64,000 nucleotides of DNA from Sandaracinaceae bacterium (lineage in GTDB: Bacteria > Myxococcota_A > Polyangia > Polyangiales > Sandaracinaceae): assembly GCA_020633195.1 (NCBI GenBank), contig JACKEC010000025.1, positions 1 through 64,000 of the forward strand, written 5' to 3'. The position numbers were made by a program, and so were the translations under genes. Position 1 is the first letter of the stretch; every line of letters begins with the position of its first letter. The notes beneath the pieces were generated by a model. That model made no database searches. It was not told the DNA's origin and worked only from the letters and a program-made list of their open reading frames with translations. Below are positions 55,400 through 64,000 of this stretch, one piece after another.

Positions 55400-56358
55400 C
55401 CCCAGCTCGCGGGGAGGCGCGGGCACATCGTGTCGAACATCGCCTGGTGTCCCTCCCGGTTCGGGTGGATGTGATCGAAGCTCCGGAACTCCGCGCGCAA
55501 GAAGTGGCGCGGGGCGTCCGCGAGGAAGCGCGCGTCCTCGGCGAGCCGAGCGTCGCGGGCGGCCTGCGAGAGCGAAGCCGTCTCGGTCCGCCAGCGCGAG
55601 TCGCGCTCGATCCGACGCTGCGCGTCCTCGATCGTCCACGGCGTCGCGGCCGCGTCGCGCAGCGCCGGCGCGTCGTAGAGATCGATGGCGACGTCGGGCC
55701 GCTCGGCGGCGGTCCACGGCGCGCTGGCGGCGACGCCTCGGGGGCGCCGGCTCGCGAAGGGGCCGAGCGCGTCGGTGGGGCTCGAGCGGCCGAGCACGTA
55801 GTCGACCACGCGCCGCGTGCTCCGCAGCGCGTGCAGCGCGCGGCCGTCGCGCCACCGCTCGTCGTCCTCGCCGGAGTCGCCCCAGGGCGTGAGCGTGAGC
55901 GCCGCGACGCGGATGCCGTGGTGGTGAGCCATCACGAAGAGCCGGTTCATCGCGAAGTTCGTGCGCGTCACCGCGCCGACGCTGTTCAGGCCGCCGCCGA
56001 AGAGCAGCCACAGCTCGAGCCCGCGGGCCCCGCGCGGCACGTTGGGGTTCTCGATGACCTCGTGCTGGAAGCGCGAGTAGAGCTGCGGCGCGCCGGCGCC
56101 GACTTGTGAGAGGTTGCGGACCTCCGCGTTGGCGCACGAGTTGTGGATGAGCACCCCGTAGGGCCGGTTGCGGAAGGCGCCGATGGAGCCCGCGAGCAGC
56201 ACGACCTTCACCGGGCGGTCGTGGTGGGTGAAGCGCCACTCCGGCTCGTCCCACGCGTAGCCCGCGCTGTGGGTCGGCTGCGCGGACGCCGCCGACGCGA
56301 GCGCCAGGAGCGCCGCCCCGATCCCCGCCACCGTGGCGCGCCTGCCTCGTGACCTCAT
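55384..56358 (-). CDS. Secreted SGNH/GDSL-like hydrolase, hypothetical
   Basis: Signal peptide MRSRGRRATVAGIGAALLALASAASA; LLAGSIG block I; DHIHPN catalytic block V. Start ATG at 56358. Confidence 0.62.
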   Translation of the reverse strand: MRSRGRRATVAGIGAALLALASAASAQPTHSAGYAWDEPEWRFTHHDRPVKVVLLAGSIGAFRNRPYGVLIHNSCANAEVRNLSQVGAGAPQLYSRFQHEVIENPNVPRGARGLELWLLFGGGLNSVGAVTRTNFAMNRLFVMAHHHGIRVAALTLTPWGDSGEDDERWRDGRALHALRSTRRVVDYVLGRSSPTDALGPFASRRPRGVAASAPWTAAERPDVAIDLYDAPALRDAAATPWTIEDAQRRIERDSRWRTETASLSQAARDARLAEDARFLADAPRHFLRAEFRSFDHIHPNREGHQAMFDTMCPRLPASWGCRCP

Positions 56359-56367
56359 CGCCGGCCG

Positions 56368-56410
56368 GATCGTGATTCGCTGCGGGCGCCCCCGCAACGC
56401 GCGCCCGTGC
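56368..56410 (-). terminator. GC-rich hairpin after the C-type lectin lipoprotein gene
   Basis: GCCCCCGC-(24 nt)-GCGGGGGC immediately downstream of the minus-strand stop at 56412; no U-tract. Confidence 0.25.
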
Positions 56411-56411
56411 G

Positions 56412-57128
56412 TCAGGGCGCGGGGGCCTCGCAGACGTAGGGCCGCTCGTCGCCGCAGTCCCTGTCGTCCCACTCGGACTCGCGGCCGGAGACCGTCATGA
56501 TCACGCCGCAGTCCTCGCCGCGGGAGCCGCCGTCGTTGGGCTCGCCCGAGTCCCAGTGCGTGTAGCCGACGGGGGTCGAGGTGAGCCAGACGAAGCGGTC
56601 CTCGGTGACGAGATCGTTGATCCCGATCCAGGTGTCGGAGAACCCTCGCGTCGCCAGCTGCCCGTAGACGAACGCGTCCTCCGCGGTGTCCTCGATGACG
56701 ACGAGCGAGTAGCCGAGGGTCTCGCAGCTCGCCCGCGCGCCGGCCCACGAGCGGTTGGTGTCGCAGACCAGGTAGGCGTGTCCGCCGCGCTCGACCACGG
56801 GGCAGGGGCAGGCCGCGTCCTCGTCGATGCGCCCGTCGCAGTCCTCGTCCGACCCGTCGCAGGTCTCGGTGACGCAGAGCCCCGCGTCCGTCCCCGCGTC
56901 GGGCGCCGGCGGCGGGAGCCCCGCGTCGACCGGCGCCGGCCCCGCGTCGGGCAGCGGCGGGAGCTCCGCGTCGGACGCCTCGCCGCCCGCGTCGCGAAGG
57001 AAGCTGGCGTCGATCTGCGGCGCGGTCGCGGCGTCGCGCGCGCTCGCGTCCGGCGCCCCTTCGCGCGGCGTCGGATCGGCGCCGAGCGCGCATCCGCCGA
57101 GAAGCACCGCCGCCAAGAGGACCCGCAC
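56412..57128 (-). CDS. C-type lectin domain lipoprotein
   Basis: GTG start giving MRVLLAAVLLGGC with a GGGAGG Shine-Dalgarno; CTLD motifs WIGINDL...FVW...HWDSGEPND...EDCGV...W.DRDC. The ATG at 57287 would add a junk N-terminus. Confidence 0.68.
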   Translation of the reverse strand: MRVLLAAVLLGGCALGADPTPREGAPDASARDAATAPQIDASFLRDAGGEASDAELPPLPDAGPAPVDAGLPPPAPDAGTDAGLCVTETCDGSDEDCDGRIDEDAACPCPVVERGGHAYLVCDTNRSWAGARASCETLGYSLVVIEDTAEDAFVYGQLATRGFSDTWIGINDLVTEDRFVWLTSTPVGYTHWDSGEPNDGGSRGEDCGVIMTVSGRESEWDDRDCGDERPYVCEAPAP

Positions 57129-57335
57129 TGCGCCTCCCACCGTACACGACCCGTGCCGGGCGAGCCCGTCGGCGTGTTCGGGCCCGGGAGGCGGCGCAGT
57201 GCCTGCGCCAGAGCTTCTGGGGCGCCTGCGATGGAGCCGCCCGACCTCTCGAGCGTTGAGGGCGGGAGCGCGAGCGGCCTCGCCCACGCGGCTATGACAC
57301 CACGAGACCAGCGCGCCCAGCCCCCTCCGGCTAGC

Positions 57336-58352
57336 TCAGCCCTTGAGGGCCTCGGCGCCGCCGATGATCTCCATCAGCTCGGTCGTGATCGCCGCCTGCC
57401 GCGCCCGGTTGTACTGGAGCGTCAGCTTGTCGATCATCTCGGAGGCGTTCTTCGTGGCGTTGTCCATCGCCGTCATCCGCGCGCCGTGCTCGGACGCGAC
57501 GGACTCGAGGAGGGCCCGGAACAGCTCCGTCTCCACGTACATCGGCAGGAGCCGGTCGAGGAGCGCGCGCTTGCTCGGCTCGTAGATGAAGTCCACCGAG
57601 GTCGACTCCTCCTCCGACACCTCGAGCGGGACGATGGGGAGCAGGGGCTCCACCACGACGTCCTGCGAGATCGCGCTCTTGAACTCGTTGTAGACGAGGA
57701 AGACCGCGTCGAGCTCGGCCTCGACGTCCTCCGGCGGCGCCGCGAAGTCGGGGCCCGAGAGCTCCTCCTCGAGGGAGGCCGCCTGCGTGACGGCCTGCTC
57801 GCCGATCATCGACTCGGTCGCCTCGCCGGGGTGGAACTCAGCGTCGATGCGGCGCAGGCCGCCCGCGGTGTACTCGCCGATGACGTAGCGCCCGATCTCG
57901 CCGGCCTTGTCGACCGAGAGGTTCTCGAACACGCCCGTGAAGTCGCGCCGGATCACCGCGCCGCGGCGGCGGAAGAAGTCGCGCCCCTTCTTGCCGATGA
58001 CCGCGAAGGTCACCTCGGCGCCCTCGGACTCGAGCTGCTTCCAGCGCAGGTAGCCCGCCTTGCAGACCGCCGCGTTGAACGCGCCCGCGAGGCCCCTGTC
58101 GCTCGTGAGGATCACGAGCATGACCTTCTTCGCGGGGCGGTGCGCCAGGAGCGGGTGGACCTCCTCGTCGCCGGCGCGCGAGGCGACGCTCGACAGGACG
58201 TCCATCGTCTTGAGCGCGTACGGGCGCAGCTCGGTGATCGCCAGCTGCGCCTTCGCGAGGCGCGCCGCGGCGACCATCTTCATCGCGCGCGTGATCTTCT
58301 GCGTGCTCTTCACGCTCCCGATCCGCTTGCGGATGATCTTGAGGTTGGCCAT
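57336..58352 (-). CDS. atpG: F0F1 ATP synthase subunit gamma
   Basis: MANLKIIRKRIGSVKSTQKITRAMKMVAAARL...; 338 aa, about 50 aa longer than typical, with an acidic insert. Confidence 0.92.
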   Translation of the reverse strand: MANLKIIRKRIGSVKSTQKITRAMKMVAAARLAKAQLAITELRPYALKTMDVLSSVASRAGDEEVHPLLAHRPAKKVMLVILTSDRGLAGAFNAAVCKAGYLRWKQLESEGAEVTFAVIGKKGRDFFRRRGAVIRRDFTGVFENLSVDKAGEIGRYVIGEYTAGGLRRIDAEFHPGEATESMIGEQAVTQAASLEEELSGPDFAAPPEDVEAELDAVFLVYNEFKSAISQDVVVEPLLPIVPLEVSEEESTSVDFIYEPSKRALLDRLLPMYVETELFRALLESVASEHGARMTAMDNATKNASEMIDKLTLQYNRARQAAITTELMEIIGGAEALKG

Positions 58353-58358
58353 CGGCCG

Positions 58359-60128
<1,770 letters not shown>

Positions 60129-60168
60129 CTTCGTCTGTTCCTCTGGGCCTCGGCGCGGGAGCCGGTTC

Positions 60169-60738
60169 TTAGCGGTTCTCGGCGAGCGCCGGGTCGGTCG
60201 ACGCGAGGAGCTGCGAGCGCAGCTCCCGCAAACGGTTCTTGAGGCTGCCGTCGAACACGCGGCCGCCCACGGTGGTGACGACGCCGCCGATGAGCGACGG
60301 GTCCTCGCGACGCACCAGGACGATGTCCTTGCCGGTGGCCGCCTTCAGCTGCGCCTGGAGCTTCGCGTAGTAGCTCTCGGGGAGCGCCTTGGCCGTGACG
60401 ACCTCGGCGCGGACGCGGCCCGCGCGCTGCTCGGCGAGGCGCGCGAACGCCTCGGCGATCGCGGGGAGCTGATCGAGCCGGCGGCGATCCGCCAGCATCT
60501 GCATCGTGTTCTTGACGAGGGCGTGGCAGCGCAGCCGCTCGGTGATCGTGCCGACCACCTTGCGCTTCGCGTCGCTGCCGAAGTGCGGGTTCGAGAACAC
60601 GTTGCGGAGGTCCGCGCTGGCCTCCCACGCGGCCGCGAGCTCCTCGAGGTTCTTGCCCACCTCGGCGGTGGCCTTCTTCTCCTCGGCGAGCTCGTAGAGC
60701 GCGACCGCGTACCGCTTGCCGACGCCTCCGCCGATCAT
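60169..60738 (-). CDS. atpH: F0F1 ATP synthase subunit delta (OSCP)
   Basis: [10 protein letters not shown]...; 189 aa; GTGA overlap with the atpF stop. Confidence 0.85.
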   Translation of the reverse strand: MIGGGVGKRYAVALYELAEEKKATAEVGKNLEELAAAWEASADLRNVFSNPHFGSDAKRKVVGTITERLRCHALVKNTMQMLADRRRLDQLPAIAEAFARLAEQRAGRVRAEVVTAKALPESYYAKLQAQLKAATGKDIVLVRREDPSLIGGVVTTVGGRVFDGSLKNRLRELRSQLLASTDPALAENR

Positions 60739-61484
60739 GCCTGCACCCCTGTCTCGTCCTTCATCGTGACCTCGAGGCCCTCGAGGTACTCCTGCGCGAG
60801 GCGGGTCTGATCCGCTTCCTTCACCTGCTCGGTGAGCACGCGCTCGGCCGCCGACATGGCCGCCTCGATCGCCTCGCGCGTGAGGTCGGCGCGGAGCTGC
60901 TTCATCTGCTGCTCGATGACGAACTTCGCGTCGGCCCGCATCCGGGTGGCGCGCGACTCGGCGTCCGCGATGATGCGGTCACGCTCGGCCTCGCCGGCCT
61001 GCACCATCTCGGTGCGCAGCTTCTCGAGCTCCTCGTCGAGGCGCTCGAGCCGCTCGCTGTAGTCGGCGTGCTTCGCCTCGGCCGCCTCCTTGAGGTTCTT
61101 GGCCTCGACGAGCCCCTCCTCGACCGACATCCGCCGACCCGCGAGGAAGTCCGAGAGGGGCTTCTTCGCCAGGTAGATGATGATCGCGAGCCAGAGGATG
61201 AAGTTGATGACCTGGGCGAACAGCTCCTGCCAGCTGAAGTGCGCCTCCTCGTGGGCCTCGCCGTGGTGGCTCTCCCACTCGGCCTCGGCCGCGTCCCAGT
61301 CCTCGCCCCAGTCCTCGCCCCACGCGTCCTCGTGGTAGGTGCCGTCGTCGGCGAACTGGTCCGGGAGGACCTGCTGGAGCGGCTCGTTCGCGCGCTCGTG
61401 CGCGGCGGGGGCGGGCTCGCCCTCCTGCGCGAACGCGGGAGCGGCGAGGAGCGACAGGGCCAAGAGGGCGATCGCGCGCTTCAC
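60735..61484 (-). CDS. atpF: F0F1 ATP synthase subunit b, with a cleavable-type signal peptide and an acidic W/E/D-rich N-terminal extension
   Basis: GTG start; MKRAIALLALSLLAAPAFA|QEGE..., then a DWGEDWGEDWD acidic segment, a TM (VINFILWLAIIIYLAK) and the b-subunit coiled coil. Confidence 0.78.
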   Translation of the reverse strand: MKRAIALLALSLLAAPAFAQEGEPAPAAHERANEPLQQVLPDQFADDGTYHEDAWGEDWGEDWDAAEAEWESHHGEAHEEAHFSWQELFAQVINFILWLAIIIYLAKKPLSDFLAGRRMSVEEGLVEAKNLKEAAEAKHADYSERLERLDEELEKLRTEMVQAGEAERDRIIADAESRATRMRADAKFVIEQQMKQLRADLTREAIEAAMSAAERVLTEQVKEADQTRLAQEYLEGLEVTMKDETGVQA

Positions 61485-61942
61485 GACGCCACCCCCCGGC
61501 CGAGGAGCTTCTCGGCGATGTCCTTGGCGAGCGCCGAGGTCGACACGGCCAGCTCCTTCCGGATCTTGTCCCCCTCGGAGGCCATCGTCGCGTCGGCGTC
61601 GGCGAGCATGCCGTCGGTCTCGGCGCGGACCTTGTCGAGGAGCAGCTTCTCGGTGCGACGGGCCTCGCCCTTCATCTTCTCGCGCTCGGCGCCGACCTCG
61701 ACGCGGACCTTGGCCATCTCGTCTTCGAACGCGGCGAGCTTCTGCTCGGCCTCCTTCTCGAGCTGGCGGGCCTCCTTCTTCGCGCCGTCGATCGCGGCCT
61801 CCCGCGCGTCGAACAGGGCCATCATCGGCCGGAAGACGAGCGCGCGGAGGATGAAGAGGAGAACGAAGAACACGACGACGTACACGAGCAGCGTCGCGTC
61901 GACGTCGAGGATCGGGCTTCCTGACAGGAGCAGGGGATGCAT
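61481..61942 (-). CDS. F0F1 ATP synthase subunit b' (second b-type subunit)
   Basis: N-terminal TM (LLVYVVVFFVLLFILRALVF) plus a charged coiled coil; stop overlaps the atpF start. Confidence 0.72.
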   Translation of the reverse strand: MHPLLLSGSPILDVDATLLVYVVVFFVLLFILRALVFRPMMALFDAREAAIDGAKKEARQLEKEAEQKLAAFEDEMAKVRVEVGAEREKMKGEARRTEKLLLDKVRAETDGMLADADATMASEGDKIRKELAVSTSALAKDIAEKLLGRGVAS

Positions 61943-62151
61943 TCGGGCAGGCCTCGGGACCGGGTGGAGGGCTAGGGCGGAGAGACTGTCGAAACCGCTG
62001 AAAACCCTAGAAAAGTGGGCCGTGACGCCGTGGGGCGCGCGCTATCTAGCAGTGGGGGTGGGGGGAGTCAAACGCTGGCCGACCACATCGAGCGGGTAGG
62101 GTCCAACGGCCCTGGCGGCAAGGTGGGCCCCCCTGGCATACTCGGCCGCCG

Positions 62152-63441
62152 ATGCGCGCTCGACTCGCAATGGCGGCGCTGGCTGCTTCCCTTTGTCTCG
62201 CACCGGGGACCGGCCAGGCGCAGGACTCGCTCACCGTGGCGATCGCCCCGTTTTCGGGGCGTGGTGGCACGACAGTGACCCGCCGCGTGGCCAGCGCCTT
62301 GCGCGATCGCGCCGACGTGGTGTCGAGCCGGGCCGCCTCGGGGGCCGCCCGGAACGCCAACATCGAAGGGATCGGCGCGACGGGGATCTCGGACTTCGCC
62401 GACGCGGTGAACGCCCAGATCGCGATCGTCGGCGAGGTCGAGGTCACGGGCGGGGGCCGCCGCCGCCGCCATCGCCGGCGCTCGCCCAGCACCCGAACCG
62501 TGCGCATGGTCGCGTACGCCGCCAGCGGTGAGGAGCTGGCGCGCGCGGAATTCTCCCCACCCGCCGGCCGACGCGGGAACGACGAGATCGACCAGGAGTC
62601 GCAGGCCCTCTACGGCCGGGCCCAGACCGCGTGGGACGCGCTGCACGCCGCCCCCCCGCCCGAGCCCGAGCCCGAGCACCACTGGGAGCCCGAGCCCGAG
62701 CCCGAGGAGCCGAGCGAGGCCCCCCAGGACGGCCTCGCCTTCCTCTCGGCGTGGGTCGGCCTCGTGATCCGCACGCGCGACGCGCTCGTCACCCTGGCCG
62801 CCCCGGGGGAGCGTCGCTACGGCGCCACCTACGCCGAGCTCGGCCTCGCGGCCGAGCTGCGCCCCTTCGCCAGCGAGGCCCATCTCGGCCGGGGCACCTT
62901 CGTCACCTTCGACTTCTTCCACTCCGTCGGCCTCGGCTCGGTCGTCGACGATCCGGCGATGAGCTCCGTCGACTCGACCAACTTCGCGCGGCTCCAGCTC
63001 ATGGCGGGCTGGATGGCCCCGCTCGGTGACGTGGTCGAGCTCGGCGTCGGCATCGGCGGCGGCTTCGAGGGCTACTACTTCGCCCCCAACCCCGTCCTGC
63101 CCACCACCGAGATCGCCTACATCCGCCCCGCCGCGCGCGGTCGCGTCCGCCTCCTCGAGGAGACCGTCGTCCTCGAGCTCGACCTCGCCTACCGCGCCGT
63201 CCTCGGCACGGGTGACATCGCCGGCTCGTTCGGCCAGGACGCCGAGACCCACGGCGTCGACGTCGGCGCGGGCCTGACCGGGAACCTCTCCCGCATCGCC
63301 GACCTCGGCTTCACCTGGGCCGTCCGCTTCCACTACGTGGGCTACTTCATGAGCTACGCGGGTGTGGCCAGCGACGCGCAGGGCACGTCCGGCGCCGAGC
63401 AGTCGGTGCGCTTCACGATCCTCGCCGGCTGGTCCTTCTGA
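62152..63441 (+). CDS. Secreted hypothetical protein, probable outer-membrane beta-barrel (C-terminal Phe)
   Basis: Signal peptide MRARLAMAALAASLCLAPGTGQA|Q, a PEPEPE linker, a C-terminal half of alternating beta strands ending ...RFTILAGWSF. Confidence 0.55.
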   Translation: MRARLAMAALAASLCLAPGTGQAQDSLTVAIAPFSGRGGTTVTRRVASALRDRADVVSSRAASGAARNANIEGIGATGISDFADAVNAQIAIVGEVEVTGGGRRRRHRRRSPSTRTVRMVAYAASGEELARAEFSPPAGRRGNDEIDQESQALYGRAQTAWDALHAAPPPEPEPEHHWEPEPEPEEPSEAPQDGLAFLSAWVGLVIRTRDALVTLAAPGERRYGATYAELGLAAELRPFASEAHLGRGTFVTFDFFHSVGLGSVVDDPAMSSVDSTNFARLQLMAGWMAPLGDVVELGVGIGGGFEGYYFAPNPVLPTTEIAYIRPAARGRVRLLEETVVLELDLAYRAVLGTGDIAGSFGQDAETHGVDVGAGLTGNLSRIADLGFTWAVRFHYVGYFMSYAGVASDAQGTSGAEQSVRFTILAGWSF

Positions 63442-63458
63442 GGCTCAGGTCGTCGGAC

Positions 63459-64000
63459 TCAGCAGCTCCCCGACGTGCAGCTCCCGCTCGGGCAGCAGAT
63501 CTGACCGCCCGGGCACGAGGTCACGTCCAGAGGGCAATGCGGGAAGGTCCCGCTGCACACCTCGGCCACGTCGCAGCTGCCGACCGCAGGGCGGCACGTG
63601 GTGCTAGAGCCTCGCAGCCCGTCTGACGGACAGCCCGGGGTCACGCCGGTGCAGGACTCCGCGACGTCGCAGGGGCCGACCGGTGGACGACAGATGAACG
63701 ACCCGGGCTGCATCCGGTCCGTGGGGCAGCTCGCGCTCGAGCCCGTGCAGGTCTCCTCCGCGTCGCAGCCCCCGGCGGCCGGCCGACAGACCGAGCTCGA
63801 GCCGAGGAAGGAGTCCGAGGGGCAGCCCGCGCTCGTCCCGGTGCAGGTCTCGGCCACGTCGCAGTCTCCCGCGGACGGACGACAGACCGAGCTCGAGCCG
63901 AGGAAGGAGTCCGAGGGGCACGCCGCGCTCGAGCCGGTGCAGGTCTCGGCGACGTCGCACGCCCCGGCCGACGTGCGACACGTGAAGCTCGAGCTCCGAA
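63459..64000 (-). CDS. Secreted Cys-rich tandem-repeat protein; partial, N-terminus beyond window end
   Basis: Frame open from 64000 to the stop at 63459. At least five copies of about 32 aa: C-R-P-x-x-G-x-C-D-V-A-E-x-C-T-G-x-S-x-x-C-P-x-D. The ORF track shows only the part after an internal GTG; the overlapping 63604..63981 ORF is Arg-rich junk. Confidence 0.6.
   Translation of the reverse strand, partial: RSSSFTCRTSAGACDVAETCTGSSAACPSDSFLGSSSVCRPSAGDCDVAETCTGTSAGCPSDSFLGSSSVCRPAAGGCDAEETCTGSSASCPTDRMQPGSFICRPPVGPCDVAESCTGVTPGCPSDGLRGSSTTCRPAVGSCDVAEVCSGTFPHCPLDVTSCPGGQICCPSGSCTSGSC

Noticed and set aside
55384-57147. 587-aa ORF and 54557..56254 565-aa ORF
   Set aside because: Each is a real C-terminal gene (SGNH hydrolase; alpha/beta hydrolase) with a long Arg-rich N-terminal extension in frame. 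Trimmed to starts preceded by signal peptides or conserved N-termini.
63604-63981. 125-aa Arg-rich ORF overlapping the Cys-repeat gene
   Set aside because: Alternative frame of the highly repetitive Cys-rich gene. Its composition (R/L/G/D repeats) mirrors the repeat periodicity.

Overview
This is a ~64 kb window of very high-GC (about 70%) chromosomal DNA. I am fairly confident it comes from a myxobacterium (order Myxococcales). The clearest signs are a MYXO-CTERM sorting tail, and many cysteine-rich lipoproteins built from TSP3, cbEGF, C-type lectin and CRTAC1/ASPIC modules. Strong GC3 bias gives every real gene a long Arg/Pro/Gly-rich antisense or N-terminally extended ghost ORF in the six-frame track; I trimmed or rejected those. 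Two genes are cut by the window edges and are missing from the ORF track: a purple-acid-phosphatase-like gene at 1..545 and a Cys-rich repeat protein at 63459..64000.

Main content, in order along the window:
- A nine-gene, translationally coupled branched-chain amino-acid operon on the minus strand (ilvD-ilvB-ilvN-ilvC-leuA-leuC-leuD-cimA-leuB, 610..11815). It carries both 2-isopropylmalate synthase and a citramalate-synthase-type LeuA paralogue. Upstream sits a Val/Leu/Ile-rich leader ORF and a terminator hairpin that looks like a classic attenuator.
- pheA.
- A MYXO-CTERM protein with cbEGF repeats.
- An orn, AbiEii-type nucleotidyltransferase, 104-aa ORF operon.
- A flotillin gene followed by a 1657-aa AAA+ protein, forming a two-gene operon.
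- aceK with no aceA or aceB beside it, a YegD-like Hsp70 and a YqeY gene.
- A radical-SAM/SPASM enzyme fused to an unknown C-terminal domain, flanked by two dispersed stem-loop repeat families.
- A long minus-strand cluster running mutM, hypothetical, NfeD-like, large hydrolase lipoprotein, SDR.
- A TetR-P450 pair.
- An island of secreted or lipoproteins (TSP3/vWA, GH13, SGNH, alpha/beta hydrolases, C-type lectin), with an aldehyde dehydrogenase among them.
- A partial ATP synthase operon (b', b, delta, alpha, gamma, with no beta or epsilon) whose subunits have odd extensions.

I recognised no rRNA, tRNA, CRISPR array or transposase. The candidates for an undescribed system are the flotillin plus giant-AAA+ operon, the orn-NTase-small-ORF operon and the repeat-flanked rSAM fusion.
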